DNA of 64,000 nucleotides from Mobula hypostoma (taxonomy: Eukaryota), in assembly GCF_963921235.1 (NCBI RefSeq), contig NC_086101.1, positions 310,001 to 374,000 on the forward strand, written 5' to 3'. Positions 24,820 to 36,017 of the stretch are shown piece by piece. The translations under genes and the position numbers were made by a program. The notes below the pieces were generated by a model. It did not search any database. It was not told the origin of the DNA and saw only the letters and a list, made by a program, of their open reading frames with translations. Each line of letters opens with the position of its first letter. Within the stretch, counting starts at the first letter, position 1.

Positions 24820-26056
24820 CTACTCTCCGCCGTCTCCGCCGCATCTGCTCTCAGGATGAGGCTTTTCATTCTAGGACGAGGGAGATGTCTTCATTTTTTA
24901 AAGAAAGGGGCTTCCCTTCCTCCACTATCAACTCTGCTCTTAAACGCATCTCCCCCATTTCACGTACATCTGCTCTCACTCCATCCTCCCACCACCCCAC
25001 TAGGAATAGGGTTCCCCTGGTCCTCACCTACCACCCCACCAGCCTCCGGGTCCAACATATTATTCTCCGTAACTTCCGCCACCTCCAACGGGATCCCACC
25101 ACAAAGCATATCTTTCCCTCCCCCCCTCTCTCTGCATTCCGCAGGGATCGCTCCCTACACAACTCCCTTGTCCATTCGTCCCCCCCATCCCTCCCCACTG
25201 ATCTCCCTCCTGGCACTTATCCGTGTAAGCGGAACAAGTGCTACACATGCCCTTACACTTCCTCCCTTACCACCATTCAGGGCCCCAAACAGTCCTTCCA
25301 GGTGAGGCATCACTTCACCTGTGAGTCGACTGGGGTGATATACTGCGTCCGGTGCTCCCGATGTGGCCTTTTATATATTGGTGAGACCCGACGCAGACTG
25401 GGAGACCGCTTCGCTGAACATCTACGCTCTGTCCGCCAGAGAAAGCAGGATCTCCCAGTGGCCACACATTTTAATTCCACATCCCATTCCCATTCTGACA
25501 TGTCTATCCACGGCCTCCTCTACTGTAAAGATGAAGCCACACTCAGGTTGGAGGAACAACACCTTATATTCCGTATGGGTAGCCTCCAACCTGATGGCAT
25601 GAACATTGACTTCTCTAACTTCCGCTAGGCCCCACCTCCCCCTCGTACCCCATCTGTTACTCTTTTTTATGCACACATTCTTTCTCTCACTCTCCTTTTT
25701 CTCCCTCTGTCCCTCTGAATATACCTCTTGCCCATCCTCTGGGTCACCCCCCCCCCCATCTTTCTTCCCGGACCTCCTGTCCCATGATCCTCTCGTATCC
25801 CCTTCTGCCTATCACCTGTCCAGCTCTCGGCTCCATCCCTCCCCCTCCTGTCTTCTCCTATCATTTTGCATCTCCCTCTCCCCCTCCAGCTTTCAAATCC
25901 CTTACTCACTCTTCCTTCAGTTAGTCCTGATGAAGGGTCTCGGCCTGAAACGTCGACTGTGCCTCTTCCTATAGATGCTGCTTGGCCTGCTGCGTTCACC
26001 AGCAACTTTGATGTGTGTTGCTTGAATTTCCAGCATCTGCAGAATTCCTGTTGTTT
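24820..26056 (+). mobile_element. Penelope-like element, 5'-truncated (RT thumb, GIY-YIG endonuclease, pLTR)
   Basis: ORF 24885..25628: RGFP, PLVLTYHP, CKRNKCYTC, GVIYCVRCSRCGLLYIGETRRRLGDRFAEH, LQPDGMN; pyrimidine-rich 3' region. Confidence 0.93.
25922..25959 (+). ncRNA. Minimal type I hammerhead ribozyme motif
   Basis: TAGTC-CTGATGA-AGG(gtctcgg)CCT-GAA-ACGT-C-GACTG: intact core, stems I and II, palindromic loopless stem III, predicted GUC cleavage after 25954. Confidence 0.8.
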
Positions 26057-26057
26057 G

Positions 26058-27422
26058 CTTGTAATCCTCCACTATGTCCACACTGACCCCCTGGATGGAA
26101 ACAGGGGTCACCGGTACCTTAGCTCTCCTCAGGTCTACCACTAGCTGCTTAGTCTTTTTCACATTAAGCTGCAGATAATTCTGCTCACACGATGTTACAA
26201 AGTTTCCTACTGTAGCCCTGTACTCAGCCTCATCTCCCTTGCTGATGCATCCAACTATGCCAGAGTCATCTGAAAACTTCTGAAGATGACAAAACCCTGT
26301 GCAGTAGTTGAAGTCCGAGGTGTAAATGGTGAAGAGAAAGGGAGACAAGACAGTCCCCTGTGGAGCCCCAGTGCTGCTGATCACTCTGTCGGACACACAG
26401 TGTTGCAAGCACACGTACTGTGGTCTGCCAGTCAGGTAATCAAGAATCCATGACACCAGGAAAGCATCCACCTGCATCGCTGTCAGCTTCTCCCCCGGCA
26501 GAGCAGGGCAGATGGTGTTGAACGCACTGGAGAAGTCAAAAAACATGACCCTCACAGTGCTCGCTGGCTTGTCCAGGTGGGTGTAGACACGGTTCAGCAG
26601 GTAGACGATGGCATCCTCAACTCCTAGTCGGGGCTGGTAGGCGAACTGGAGGGGATCTAAGTGTGGCCTGACCATAGGCCGGAGCAGCTCCAGAACATGT
26701 CACTCCAGGGTCTTCATGATGTGGGAGGTCAATGCCACCAGTCTATAGTTATTGAGGCCGCTGGGGTGCGGCATCTTCGGTACAGGGACAAGGCAGGACG
26801 TCTTCCACAGTACAGGAATCCTCCGGAGCCTCAGGCTCAGGTTGAATATATGGTGAAGTACTCCACATAGCTGAGGGGCACAGGCTTTGAGCACCCTGGT
26901 ACTGACACCATCCGGTCCTGCAGCCTTGCTTGGGTTGAGACGTTTCAGCTGTCTTCAGCTGTGAAGCCCACCGTGGTGGTTTTGTGTGGCGAAGAGGTAT
27001 AGTCATGAGAGCAGGGTGAGGGAATGTGAGGAGGGGTAGGAGGGGAGAGTGTAATATGTGTTGGTTGGGGGCCGACAACAGATGGCTCATGTGGGGGATG
27101 GGCAGGGGTCACAATGTCAAATCTGTTAAAGAACAGGTTAAGTTCAATGGCCCTGTCCACACTGCCTTCAGCTCCTCTGTTGCTAGTTTGCCGGAACCCA
27201 GTGATGGTCCTCATCCCCCTCCAGACCTCTCTCATGTTGTTCTGCTGGAGTTTCCACTCAAGCTTCCTCCTGTACCTGTCTTTAGCCTCCCTGATCCTGG
27301 CTTTCAGGTCCCTCTGTATTGCCCTCAGCTCCTCCCTATTTCCATCTCTGAAAGCCCTCTTTTTAGCATTCAGGATGTCCTTAATGTCCTTTGTCACCCA
27401 TGGCTTGTTATTTGAATAACAG
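26058..27422 (-). mobile_element. Rex1 LINE internal RT fragment
   Basis: LDPLQFAYQPRLGVEDA, VRVMFFDFSSAFNTI, GAPQGTVLSPFLF, LQKFSDDS. Confidence 0.9.
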
Positions 27423-27423
27423 A

Positions 27424-27708
27424 TTCAGGGGAAATTGGGATGGAGGTGAGGAGGAACTGCCTTTCCCAGAGGGTGGTGAATCTGTGGATTTCTCTGCCCA
27501 ATGAAGGAGTGGAGGCTACCTGAGTAAATAAATTTGAGAAAAGATTGGATCGATTTTGGCATAGTTGGGGAATTAAGTGTTATGGGGAAAAGGCAGGAAG
27601 GTGGAGATGAGTCCATGGCCAGATCAGCCATGATCTTATTCCATGGTGGAGCAGGCTCGACGGGCCAGATGGCCGACTCCTGCTCCTATTTCTTATGTTC
27701 TTATGTTC
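27424..27708 (+). mobile_element. Degenerate CR1 3' end
   Basis: QRVVNLW remnant and TTCTTATGTTCTTATG tail. Confidence 0.8.
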
Positions 27709-27754
27709 TCACCACAGACTAAAATCTTTCCTGAAATATTGTTCTTCACCCATT

Positions 27755-27782
27755 GATGTCTTTTGCAAATATTTTTACAGGT
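27755..27782 (+). other. Putative splice acceptor opening the zinc-finger exon (exon starts 27781)
   Basis: TCTTTTGCAAATATTTTTACAG|GT at the start of the non-repeat block that runs into the finger array. Confidence 0.55.
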
Positions 27783-28039
27783 TTGAAATGGCAGAACACT
27801 TGTGCACGGGAATCTCAAACACAACAACACATCAGTTTTGCTGAGTCTGTCTGGATATTTAAGGAGTGACCAAATATTTTCTTTGCTACACCAACACATC
27901 TGTTGTCGATCCTTGGAGATGAAGATGATCCCAGATCACATCCCAGCTGGTGATGCATTCTGTCTCTGAAATGAACTTTTCTGTTTTAACTCTGTGAAAT
28001 CCACTGGAACCGGAAGCTGAGAACACACCAGCATTTGTT

Positions 28040-28456
28040 TACTGGAGATCAGTTCTTCAACTGCATTGATTGTACAAGGGATTCAAACATCTGACTTTCT
28101 GAATTGCCAGAGAATTGATCGTAGTGAGATATCATTCTCCTTCTCTCAGTGTGGGAAGAGATTCACTCACAGGCTACCCGCAGAAAGACCAGTGAGTTCA
28201 CAGTGGGGAGAGGCCATTCACCCGCTCTGTGTGAGGGAGGGGAACCACTCAGTCATCCAGTCTGAAGATACATCAGCAAATTCACACCATAGTGAGATGC
28301 TCCACCTGTTCTGTAAGCGGGAAGCCATTCTGTTATCGATGGTAATGGTATATCAGAAAATTCACCAGTGAGGAGACATTGACCTGCTCGGACGGTGGGA
28401 AGGCATTCACATACTCAACCACACCACAGTGACACCAGCGAGTTCACACCGGGGAG
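28040..28456 (+). pseudogene. Decayed C2H2 finger repeats upstream of the ORF
   Basis: Remnants such as SQCGKRFTH and HQRVHTGE with stops and indels; in-frame TGA at 28430. Confidence 0.7.
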
Positions 28457-30472
28457 ATGCCATTCACCTGCTCTGAATGTGGGAAAGGGTTCACTCAGTC
28501 ATCTCAGCTGAATGAACACCAGCGAGCTCACACTGAAAAGATACTGTTCACCTGCTCAGACTGTGGGAAGGGATTCACTCAGTCAAATCACCTGCTACAA
28601 CATCAGTTAGTTCACACTGGGGAGAGGCCGTTCACCTGCTCAGACTGTGGAAAGCGATTCAATCACTCGTCTAACCTACAGAGACACCAGCGAGTTCACA
28701 TTGGGGAGAAGCCATTCACATGCTCTGAATGTGGGAAGGGATTCACCCATTCATCTCAACTGAAGGAGCATCAGCGAGTTCACACTCGGGAGAAGCCAAT
28801 CACTTGCTCTGATTGTGGGAAGGTATTTGCTCGGTCATCTCAACTGAAGTTACATCAGCGAGTTCACACCGGGGAGAAGCCGTTCACTTGCTCTGAATGT
28901 GGGAAGGTATTTGCTCGGTCATCTCAACTGAAGTTACATCAGCGAGTTCACACCGGGGAGAAGCCGTTCAGCTGCTCTGAATGTGGGAAAGGATTTATTC
29001 GTTCATCTCTGCTCTTGAGACACCAGCAAATTCACACTGGAGAGAAGCCGTTCATCTGCTCAGAATGTGGGAAGGGATTCACTCAATCATCCAACCTACT
29101 GACACACCAGCGAGTTCACACTGGTGAGAAGCCGTTCACTTGCTCTGCCTGTGGGAAGGGATTTGCCCAGTCATCTGAACTGAAGTTACATCAGCGAGTT
29201 CATACTGGGGAGATGCCGTTCACTTGCTCTGAATGTGGGAAAGGATTCGCTGTGTCATCTCGACTGAAGTTACATCAGCGAGTTCACACTGGGAAGAAGC
29301 CGTTCACCTGCTCACACTGTGGGAAGGGGTTCACTCAGTTGTCCAACCTACAGAGTCACCAGCGAGTTCACACTGGGGAGAAGCCATTCACATGTTCTGA
29401 ATGTGGGAAGGGATTCACCCAGTTGTCCAACCTGCAGAGTCACCAGCGAGTTCACACTGGGGAGAAGCCATTCACTTGCTCTGAATGTGGGAAAGGGTTC
29501 ACCCAGTCAGCTAAACTGAAGGAGCATCAGCGAGTCCACACTGGGGAGAAGCCGTTCAGTTGCTCTGAATGTGGGAAGGGATTTGCTCGGTCATCTGAAC
29601 TGAAGTTACATCATCAAGTTCACACTGGGGAGAAGCCGTTCACTTGCTCTGAATGTGGGAAGGTATTTTCTCGGTCATCTGAACTGAAGATACATCAGCG
29701 AGTCCACACTGGGGAGAAGCCATTCACTTGCTCTGAATGTGGGAAGTTATTTGCTCGGTCATCTGACCTGAAGTTACATCAACGAGTTCACACTGGGGAG
29801 AGGCCATTCACCTGCTCTGAATGTGGGAAGGGATTCACTCAATCGTCCAACCTACAGAGACACCAGCGAGTTCACACTGGAGAGAAGCCATTCACATGCT
29901 CTGAATGTGGGAAAGGATTCATCCAGTCATCTGAACTGATGTTACATCAGCGAGTCCACACTGGGGAGAAGCCGTTCACCTGCTCTGAATGTGGGAAGCG
30001 ATTCACCAAGTCAGCTAAACTGAAGGAGCATCAGCGAGTTCACACTGGGGAGAAGCCGTTCACCTGCTCTGAATGTGGGAACGTATTTGCTCGGACATCT
30101 GACCTGAAGTCACATCAGCGAGTTCACACTGGGGAGAAGCCGTTCACTTGCTCAAACTGTGGAAAGAGATTTACTCACTCGTCCAACCTACAGAGACACC
30201 AGCGAGTTCACACTGGGGAGAAGCCATTCACATGCTCTGAATGTGGGAAGGGATTTACGGATTCATCTCATCTGAAGCTACATCAGCGAGTCCACACTGG
30301 GGAGAAACCGTTCACTTGCTCTAAATGTGGGAAGGTATTTGCTTGGTCATCTGAACTGAAGTTACATCAGCGAGTCCACACTGGGGAGAGACCGTTCAGC
30401 TGCTCTGAATGTGGGAAAGGATTCATTCGTTCATCTCAGCTCTTGAGACACCAGCAAATTCACACTGGGTAA
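28457..30472 (+). CDS. Poly-C2H2 (Kruppel-type) zinc-finger protein, 24 tandem fingers, 671 aa
   Basis: 24 repeats of CxxCGKxFxxxxxLxxHxxxH with TGEKPF-type linkers; all C/C/H/H ligands intact; no KRAB/SCAN/BTB visible. Confidence 0.88.
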   Translation: MPFTCSECGKGFTQSSQLNEHQRAHTEKILFTCSDCGKGFTQSNHLLQHQLVHTGERPFTCSDCGKRFNHSSNLQRHQRVHIGEKPFTCSECGKGFTHSSQLKEHQRVHTREKPITCSDCGKVFARSSQLKLHQRVHTGEKPFTCSECGKVFARSSQLKLHQRVHTGEKPFSCSECGKGFIRSSLLLRHQQIHTGEKPFICSECGKGFTQSSNLLTHQRVHTGEKPFTCSACGKGFAQSSELKLHQRVHTGEMPFTCSECGKGFAVSSRLKLHQRVHTGKKPFTCSHCGKGFTQLSNLQSHQRVHTGEKPFTCSECGKGFTQLSNLQSHQRVHTGEKPFTCSECGKGFTQSAKLKEHQRVHTGEKPFSCSECGKGFARSSELKLHHQVHTGEKPFTCSECGKVFSRSSELKIHQRVHTGEKPFTCSECGKLFARSSDLKLHQRVHTGERPFTCSECGKGFTQSSNLQRHQRVHTGEKPFTCSECGKGFIQSSELMLHQRVHTGEKPFTCSECGKRFTKSAKLKEHQRVHTGEKPFTCSECGNVFARTSDLKSHQRVHTGEKPFTCSNCGKRFTHSSNLQRHQRVHTGEKPFTCSECGKGFTDSSHLKLHQRVHTGEKPFTCSKCGKVFAWSSELKLHQRVHTGERPFSCSECGKGFIRSSQLLRHQQIHTG

Positions 30473-31038
30473 AAACCATTCAGCTGTTCAGAATGTGGGA
30501 AGGGGTTCAGCTATTCAATTCATCTGAAAGAACATTAGTTTGTGCACACTGCGGAGAGGACATTCAGCTGCTCAGACTGTGCAAAAGGATTCACTCGGCG
30601 TTTTGCACTACTGACACACCAGTTGGTTCACACTGGGGAGAAGCCGTTCACTTGCTCTGAATGTGGGAAATGATTCATGAGTTTATCTCAGCTTTTGAGA
30701 CACCAGCAAATTCACACTGGGGAGAAATCATTCAGCTGCTTAGAATGTGGGAAGGGATTCACCCACTCAGCTCATCTGAAGGAACATCAGTGACTTCACA
30801 CTGGGGAATGGCCATTCACATGCTCTGAATGTGGGAAGGGATTCACCCATTCAGCTTAACTGAAGGTGCATCAGCAAGTTCACACTGGGGAGAGGCCATT
30901 CACTGCTCTGAATGTGGGAAGGGATTCATTGTCAGCTCAACTCAAGAAACATCAGCGAGTTCACACTGGGGAGAAACCTTTCAGCTGCTCTGAATGTGGG
31001 AAGGGATTCACTTAGTCATCCAAACTTATGAGGCACGG
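30473..31038 (+). pseudogene. About seven degenerate C2H2 fingers beyond the stop, the last cut by a CR1
   Basis: The 84-bp periodicity continues with TAA/TAG/TGA stops and a frameshift near 30903. Confidence 0.85.
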
Positions 31039-32096
31039 CATAGAAGATAGAACATAGAACAGTACAGCACACTACAGGCCCTTTGGCCCACAATGTTGTG
31101 CCGACCCTCAAACCCTGCCTCCCATATAAGCCCCCACCTTAGATTCCTCCATATACCTGTCTAGTAGTCTCTTAAACTTCACTAGTGTATCTGCCTCCAC
31201 CACTGACTCAGGCAGTGCATTCCACGCACCAACCACTCCCTGAGTAAAAAATCTTCCTCTAATATCCCCCTTGAACTTCCCACCCCTTACCTTAAAGCCA
31301 TGTCCTCTTGTATTGAGCAGTGGTGCCCTGGGGAAGAGGCGCTGGCTATCCACTCTATCTATTCCTCTTATTATCTTGTACACCTCTATCATGTCTCCTG
31401 TCATCCTCCTTCTCTCCAAAGAGTAAAGCCCTAGCTCCCTTAATCTCTGATCATAATACATACTTTCTAAACCAGGCAGCACCCTGGTAAATCTCCTCTG
31501 TACCCTTTCCAATACTCCACATCCTTCCTATAGTGAGGTGACCAGAACTGGACACAGTACTCCAAGTGTGGCCTAACCAGAGTTTTATAGAGCTGCATCA
31601 TTACATCGCGACTCTTAAACTCTGTCCCTCGACTTATGAAAGCTATCACCCCATAAGCTTTCTTAACTACCCTATCCACCTGTGAGGCAACTTTCAGGGA
31701 TCTGTGGACATGTACCCTGAGATCCCTCTGCTCCTCCACACTACCAAGTATCCTGCCATTTATTTTGTACTCTGCCTTGGAGTTTGTCCTTCCAAAGTGT
31801 ACCACCTCACACTTCTCCGGGTTGAACTCCATCTGCCACTTCTCAGCCCACTTCTGCATCCTATCAATGTCTCTCTGTAATCTTTGACAATCCTCTACAC
31901 TATCTACAACACCACCAACCTTTGTGTCGTCTGCAAACTTGCCAACCCACCCTTCTACCCCCACATCCAGGTCGTTAATAAAAATCACGAAAAGTAGAGG
32001 TCCCAGATCAGATCCTTGTGGGACACCAGTAGTCACAATCCTCCAATCTGAATGTACTCCCTCCGCCACTATCCTCTGCCTTCTGCAGGCAAGCCA
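31039..32096 (-). mobile_element. 5'-truncated CR1-B
   Basis: ORFs 31467..32105 and 31108..31512, nearly identical to 10040-11090. Confidence 0.93.
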
Positions 32097-32892
32097 GGGC
32101 ATCAAAGGTTATGGTGAGAAGGCAGGGGAGTGGGACTAAATAGGAAAATGGATCAGCTCATGATAAAATGGTGGAGCAGACTCGATGGGCCGAATGGCCT
32201 ACTTCTGCTCCTTTGTCTTATGGTCTTATGCTTCTCATACAGTAACCCTTTCCTGGAATCATTTTTGTGAATCTTCTCTGAACCTTCTCCAATGTCAGTA
32301 TATGCTTTCTAAAATAAGGAGCCCAGAACTGCACACAATATTCCAAGTGTGGTCTCATGAGTGCCTTATAGGGCCTCAACATCACATCCCTGCTGTTATA
32401 TTCTATACCTCTGGAAATGAATGCCACCATTACATTCACCTTCTTCACCACCGACCGACTCAACCTGGAGGTTAACCTTTAGGGTATCCTGCACAAGGTC
32501 TCCCAAGTTCCTTTGCATCTCCGCATTTTGAATTCTCTCCCAATATAAATAATCGTCTGTCTGTTTATTTCTTCCACCAAAGTGCATGACCATACACTTT
32601 CCAACATTGTATTTCATTGTTTAGTTCTTTATCCATTCCCCTAAACTATCTAAATTTCTCTGCAAGCTCTCTGTTTCCTCAGCACTACCCGCTCCTCCAC
32701 AGATTTTGTGTCATCGACAAATTTAGCTACAAATCTATTAATCCCATAGTTGAAATCATTGACAGACAGCAGAAAGCAGTGGTCCAAACACCGACCACTG
32801 TGGAACTCTGGCAGCGAGCCAGAATAGGATCCCATTATTCCCACTCCGTTTTCTGTTGATCAGCCAATGCTCCACCCATGCTAGTAACTTTC
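32093..32892. mobile_element. CR1-C fragments: + strand 3' tail (32093-32230) and - strand RT (32231-32892)
   Basis: GTCTTATGGTCTTATG tail; FVAKFVDDTK and RPHLEYCVQFW on minus. Confidence 0.85.
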
Positions 32893-33805
32893 CATAGAAA
32901 CCATAGAAACTACAGCACAGAAACAGGCCCTTTGGTCCTTCTTTGCTGTGCCGAACCATTTTCTGCCTCGTCCCACTGACCTGCACACGGACCATATCCC
33001 TCCATACACCTCCCATCCATGTATCTGTCCAATTTATTCTTAAATGTCAAAAAAGAACCCGCATTTACCACCTCATCTGGTAGCTCATTCCATACTCCCA
33101 CCACTCTCTGTGTGAGAAGCCCCCCCTAATGTTCCCTTTAAACGTTTCCCCCCCTCACCCTTAACCCATGTCCTCTGGTTTTTTTCTTCCCTTGCCTCAG
33201 TGGAAAAACCCTGCTTGCATTCACTCTATCTATACCCATCATAATTTTATATACCTCTATCAAATCTCCCCTCATTCTTCTACACTCCAGGCAATAAAGT
33301 CCTAACCTATTCAGAATAGGATCCCATTATTCCCACTCCGTTTTCTGTTGATCAGCCAATGCTCCACCCATGCTAGTAACTTTCCATAGAAACCATAGAA
33401 ACTACAGCACAGAAACAGGCCCTTTGGTCCTTCTTGGCTGTGCCGAACCATTTTCTGCCTCGTCCCACTGACCTGCACACGGACCATATCCCTCCATACA
33501 CCTCCCATCCATGTATCTGTCCAATTTATTCTTAAATGTCAAAAAAGAACCCGCATTTACCACCTCATCTGGTAGCTCATTCCATACTCCCACCACTCTC
33601 TGTGTGAGAAGCCCCCCCTAATGTTCCCTTTAAACGTTTCCCCCCCTCACCCTTAACCCATGTCCTCTGGTTTTTTTCTTCCCTTGCCTCAGTGGAAAAA
33701 CCCTGCTTGCATTCACTCTATCTATACCCATCATAATTTTATATACCTCTATCAAATCTCCCCTCATTCTTCTACACTCCAGGCAATAAAGTCCTAACCT
33801 ATTCA
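32820..33805. repeat. ~492-bp near-perfect tandem duplication
   Basis: 32820-33311 is repeated from 33312. ORFs 32910..33104 and 33402..33596 are offset by 492 and differ at one residue. Confidence 0.92.
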
Positions 33806-36005
33806 ACCTTTCTCTGTAACTGAGTTTCTCAAGTCCCGGCAACATCCTTGTAAACCTTCTCTGCACTCTTTCAACCTTATTTATATCCTTCCTGTAATTT
33901 GGTGACCAAAACTGAACACAATACTCCAGATTGGGCCTCACCAATGCCTTATACAACCTCATCATAACATTCCAGCTCTTATACTCAATACTTCGATTAA
34001 TAAAGGCCAATGTACCAAAAGCTCTCTTTACGACCCTATCTACCTGTGACGACACTTTCAGGGAATTTTGTATCTGTATTCCCAGATTCCTCTGTTCCAC
34101 TGCACTCCTCAGTGCCTTACCATTAACCCTGTATGTTCTATGTTGGTTTGTCCTTCCAATGTGCAATACCTCACACTTGTCAGTATTAAACTACATCTGC
34201 CAATTTTCAGCCCATTTTTCCAGCTGGTCCAAGTCCCTCTGCAGGCTCTGAAAACCTTCCTCACTGTCTACTACACCTCCAATCAAACTTGCTGATCCAA
34301 TTTACCACATTATCATCCAGATCATTGATATAGATGACAAATAACAATGGACCCAGCACTGATCTCTGTGGCACACCACTAGTCACAGGCCTCCACTCAG
34401 AGAAGCAATTCTCTACCACCACTCTCTGGCTTCTTCCATGGAGCCAATGTCTAATCCAATTTACCACCTCTCCATGTATACCTAGCGACTGAATTTTCCT
34501 AACTAACCTCCCATGCGGGACATTGTCAAAGGCCTTACTGAAGTCCATGTAGACAATATCCACTGCCTTCCCTTCATCCACTTTCCTGGTAACCTCCTCG
34601 AAAAACTCCAACAGATTGGTCAAACATGACCTACCAAGCACAAAGCCATGTTGACTCTCCCTAATAAGCCCCTGTCTATCCAAATGCTTGTAGATTCTGT
34701 CTCTTAGTACTCCCTCCAATAACTTACCTACTACTGATGTTAAACTCACCGGCCTATAATTTCCCGGATTACTTTTCGATCCTTTTTTAAACAACGGAAC
34801 AACATGAGCCACTCTCCAATCCTCCGGCACGTCACCCGTAGACAGTGACATTGTAAATATTTCTGCCAGGGCCCCTGCAATTTCAACACTAGTCTCTTTC
34901 AAGGTCCGAGGGAATACTCTGTCAGGTCCCGGGGATTTATCCACTTTAATTTTCCTCAAGACAGCAAGCACCTCCTCCTTTTCAATCTGTACAGTTTCCA
35001 TGGTGTCACTACTTGATTCCCTCAATTCCATAGATTTCATGCCTGCTTCCTCAGTAAATACAGAAGCAAAAAACCTATTTATAATCTCCCCCATTTCCTT
35101 TGGTTCCACACAAAGCCGACCACTCTGATCTTCAAGAGGACCAATTTTATCCCTTACAATCCTTTTGCTCTTAATATACTTGTAAAAACTCTTTGGATTA
35201 TCCTTCACTTTGACTGCCAAGGCAACCTCATGTCTTCTTTTAGCCCTCCTGATTTCTTTCTTAAGTATTTTCTTGCACTTCTTATACTCCTCAAGCACCT
35301 GATTTACCCCGTTTCCTATACATTTCATACAACTCCCTCTTCTTCTTTATCAGAGTTGCAATATCCCTTGAGAACCAAGATTCCTTATTCCTATTCAATT
35401 TGCCTTTAATCCTGACAGGAACATACAAACTCTGCACTCTCAAAATTTCCCCTTTGAAGGCATCCCACCTACCAATCACGTCTTTGCCAGAGAACAACCT
35501 GTCCCAATCCACACTTTTTAGATCCTTTCTCATTTCTTCAAATTTGGCCCTCTTCCAGTTCAGAACCTCAACCCTAGGACCAGATCTATCCTTGTCCATG
35601 ATCAAATTGAAACGAATGGTGTTATGATCACTGGAACCAAAGTGCTCCCCTACACAGACTTCTGTCACTTGCCCTAATTCGTTTCCTAACAGGAGATCCA
35701 ATATTGCATCCCCTCTAGTTGGTCTCTCTGTATATTGATTTAGAAAACTTTCCTGAACACATTTTACAAACTCTAAACCATCTAGACCCCTAACAGTATG
35801 GGAGTCCCAATCAATGTATGGAAAATTAAAATCCCCTACCACCACAACTTTATGTTTCCTGCAGTTGCCTGCTATCTCTCTGCCAATTTGCTCTTCCAAG
35901 TCTCGTTGACTATTGGGTGGTCTGTAATACAATCCCACTAATGTGGCCATACCTTTCCTGTTTCTCAGCTCCACCCATAAGGACTCAGTAGACAAGCCCT
36001 CTAAT
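33385..36005 (-). mobile_element. CR1-A, 5'-truncated within the endonuclease
   Basis: ORFs 35291..35995, 34261..35328 and 33630..34166; nearly identical to 18716-21335. Confidence 0.94.
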
Positions 36006-36017
36006 TTCCTTTAATTC

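Noticed and set aside
28457..31038. 84-bp periodic repeats superficially like a CRISPR or satellite array
   Set aside because: They are in-frame C2H2 finger units; eukaryotic context and no cas genes.
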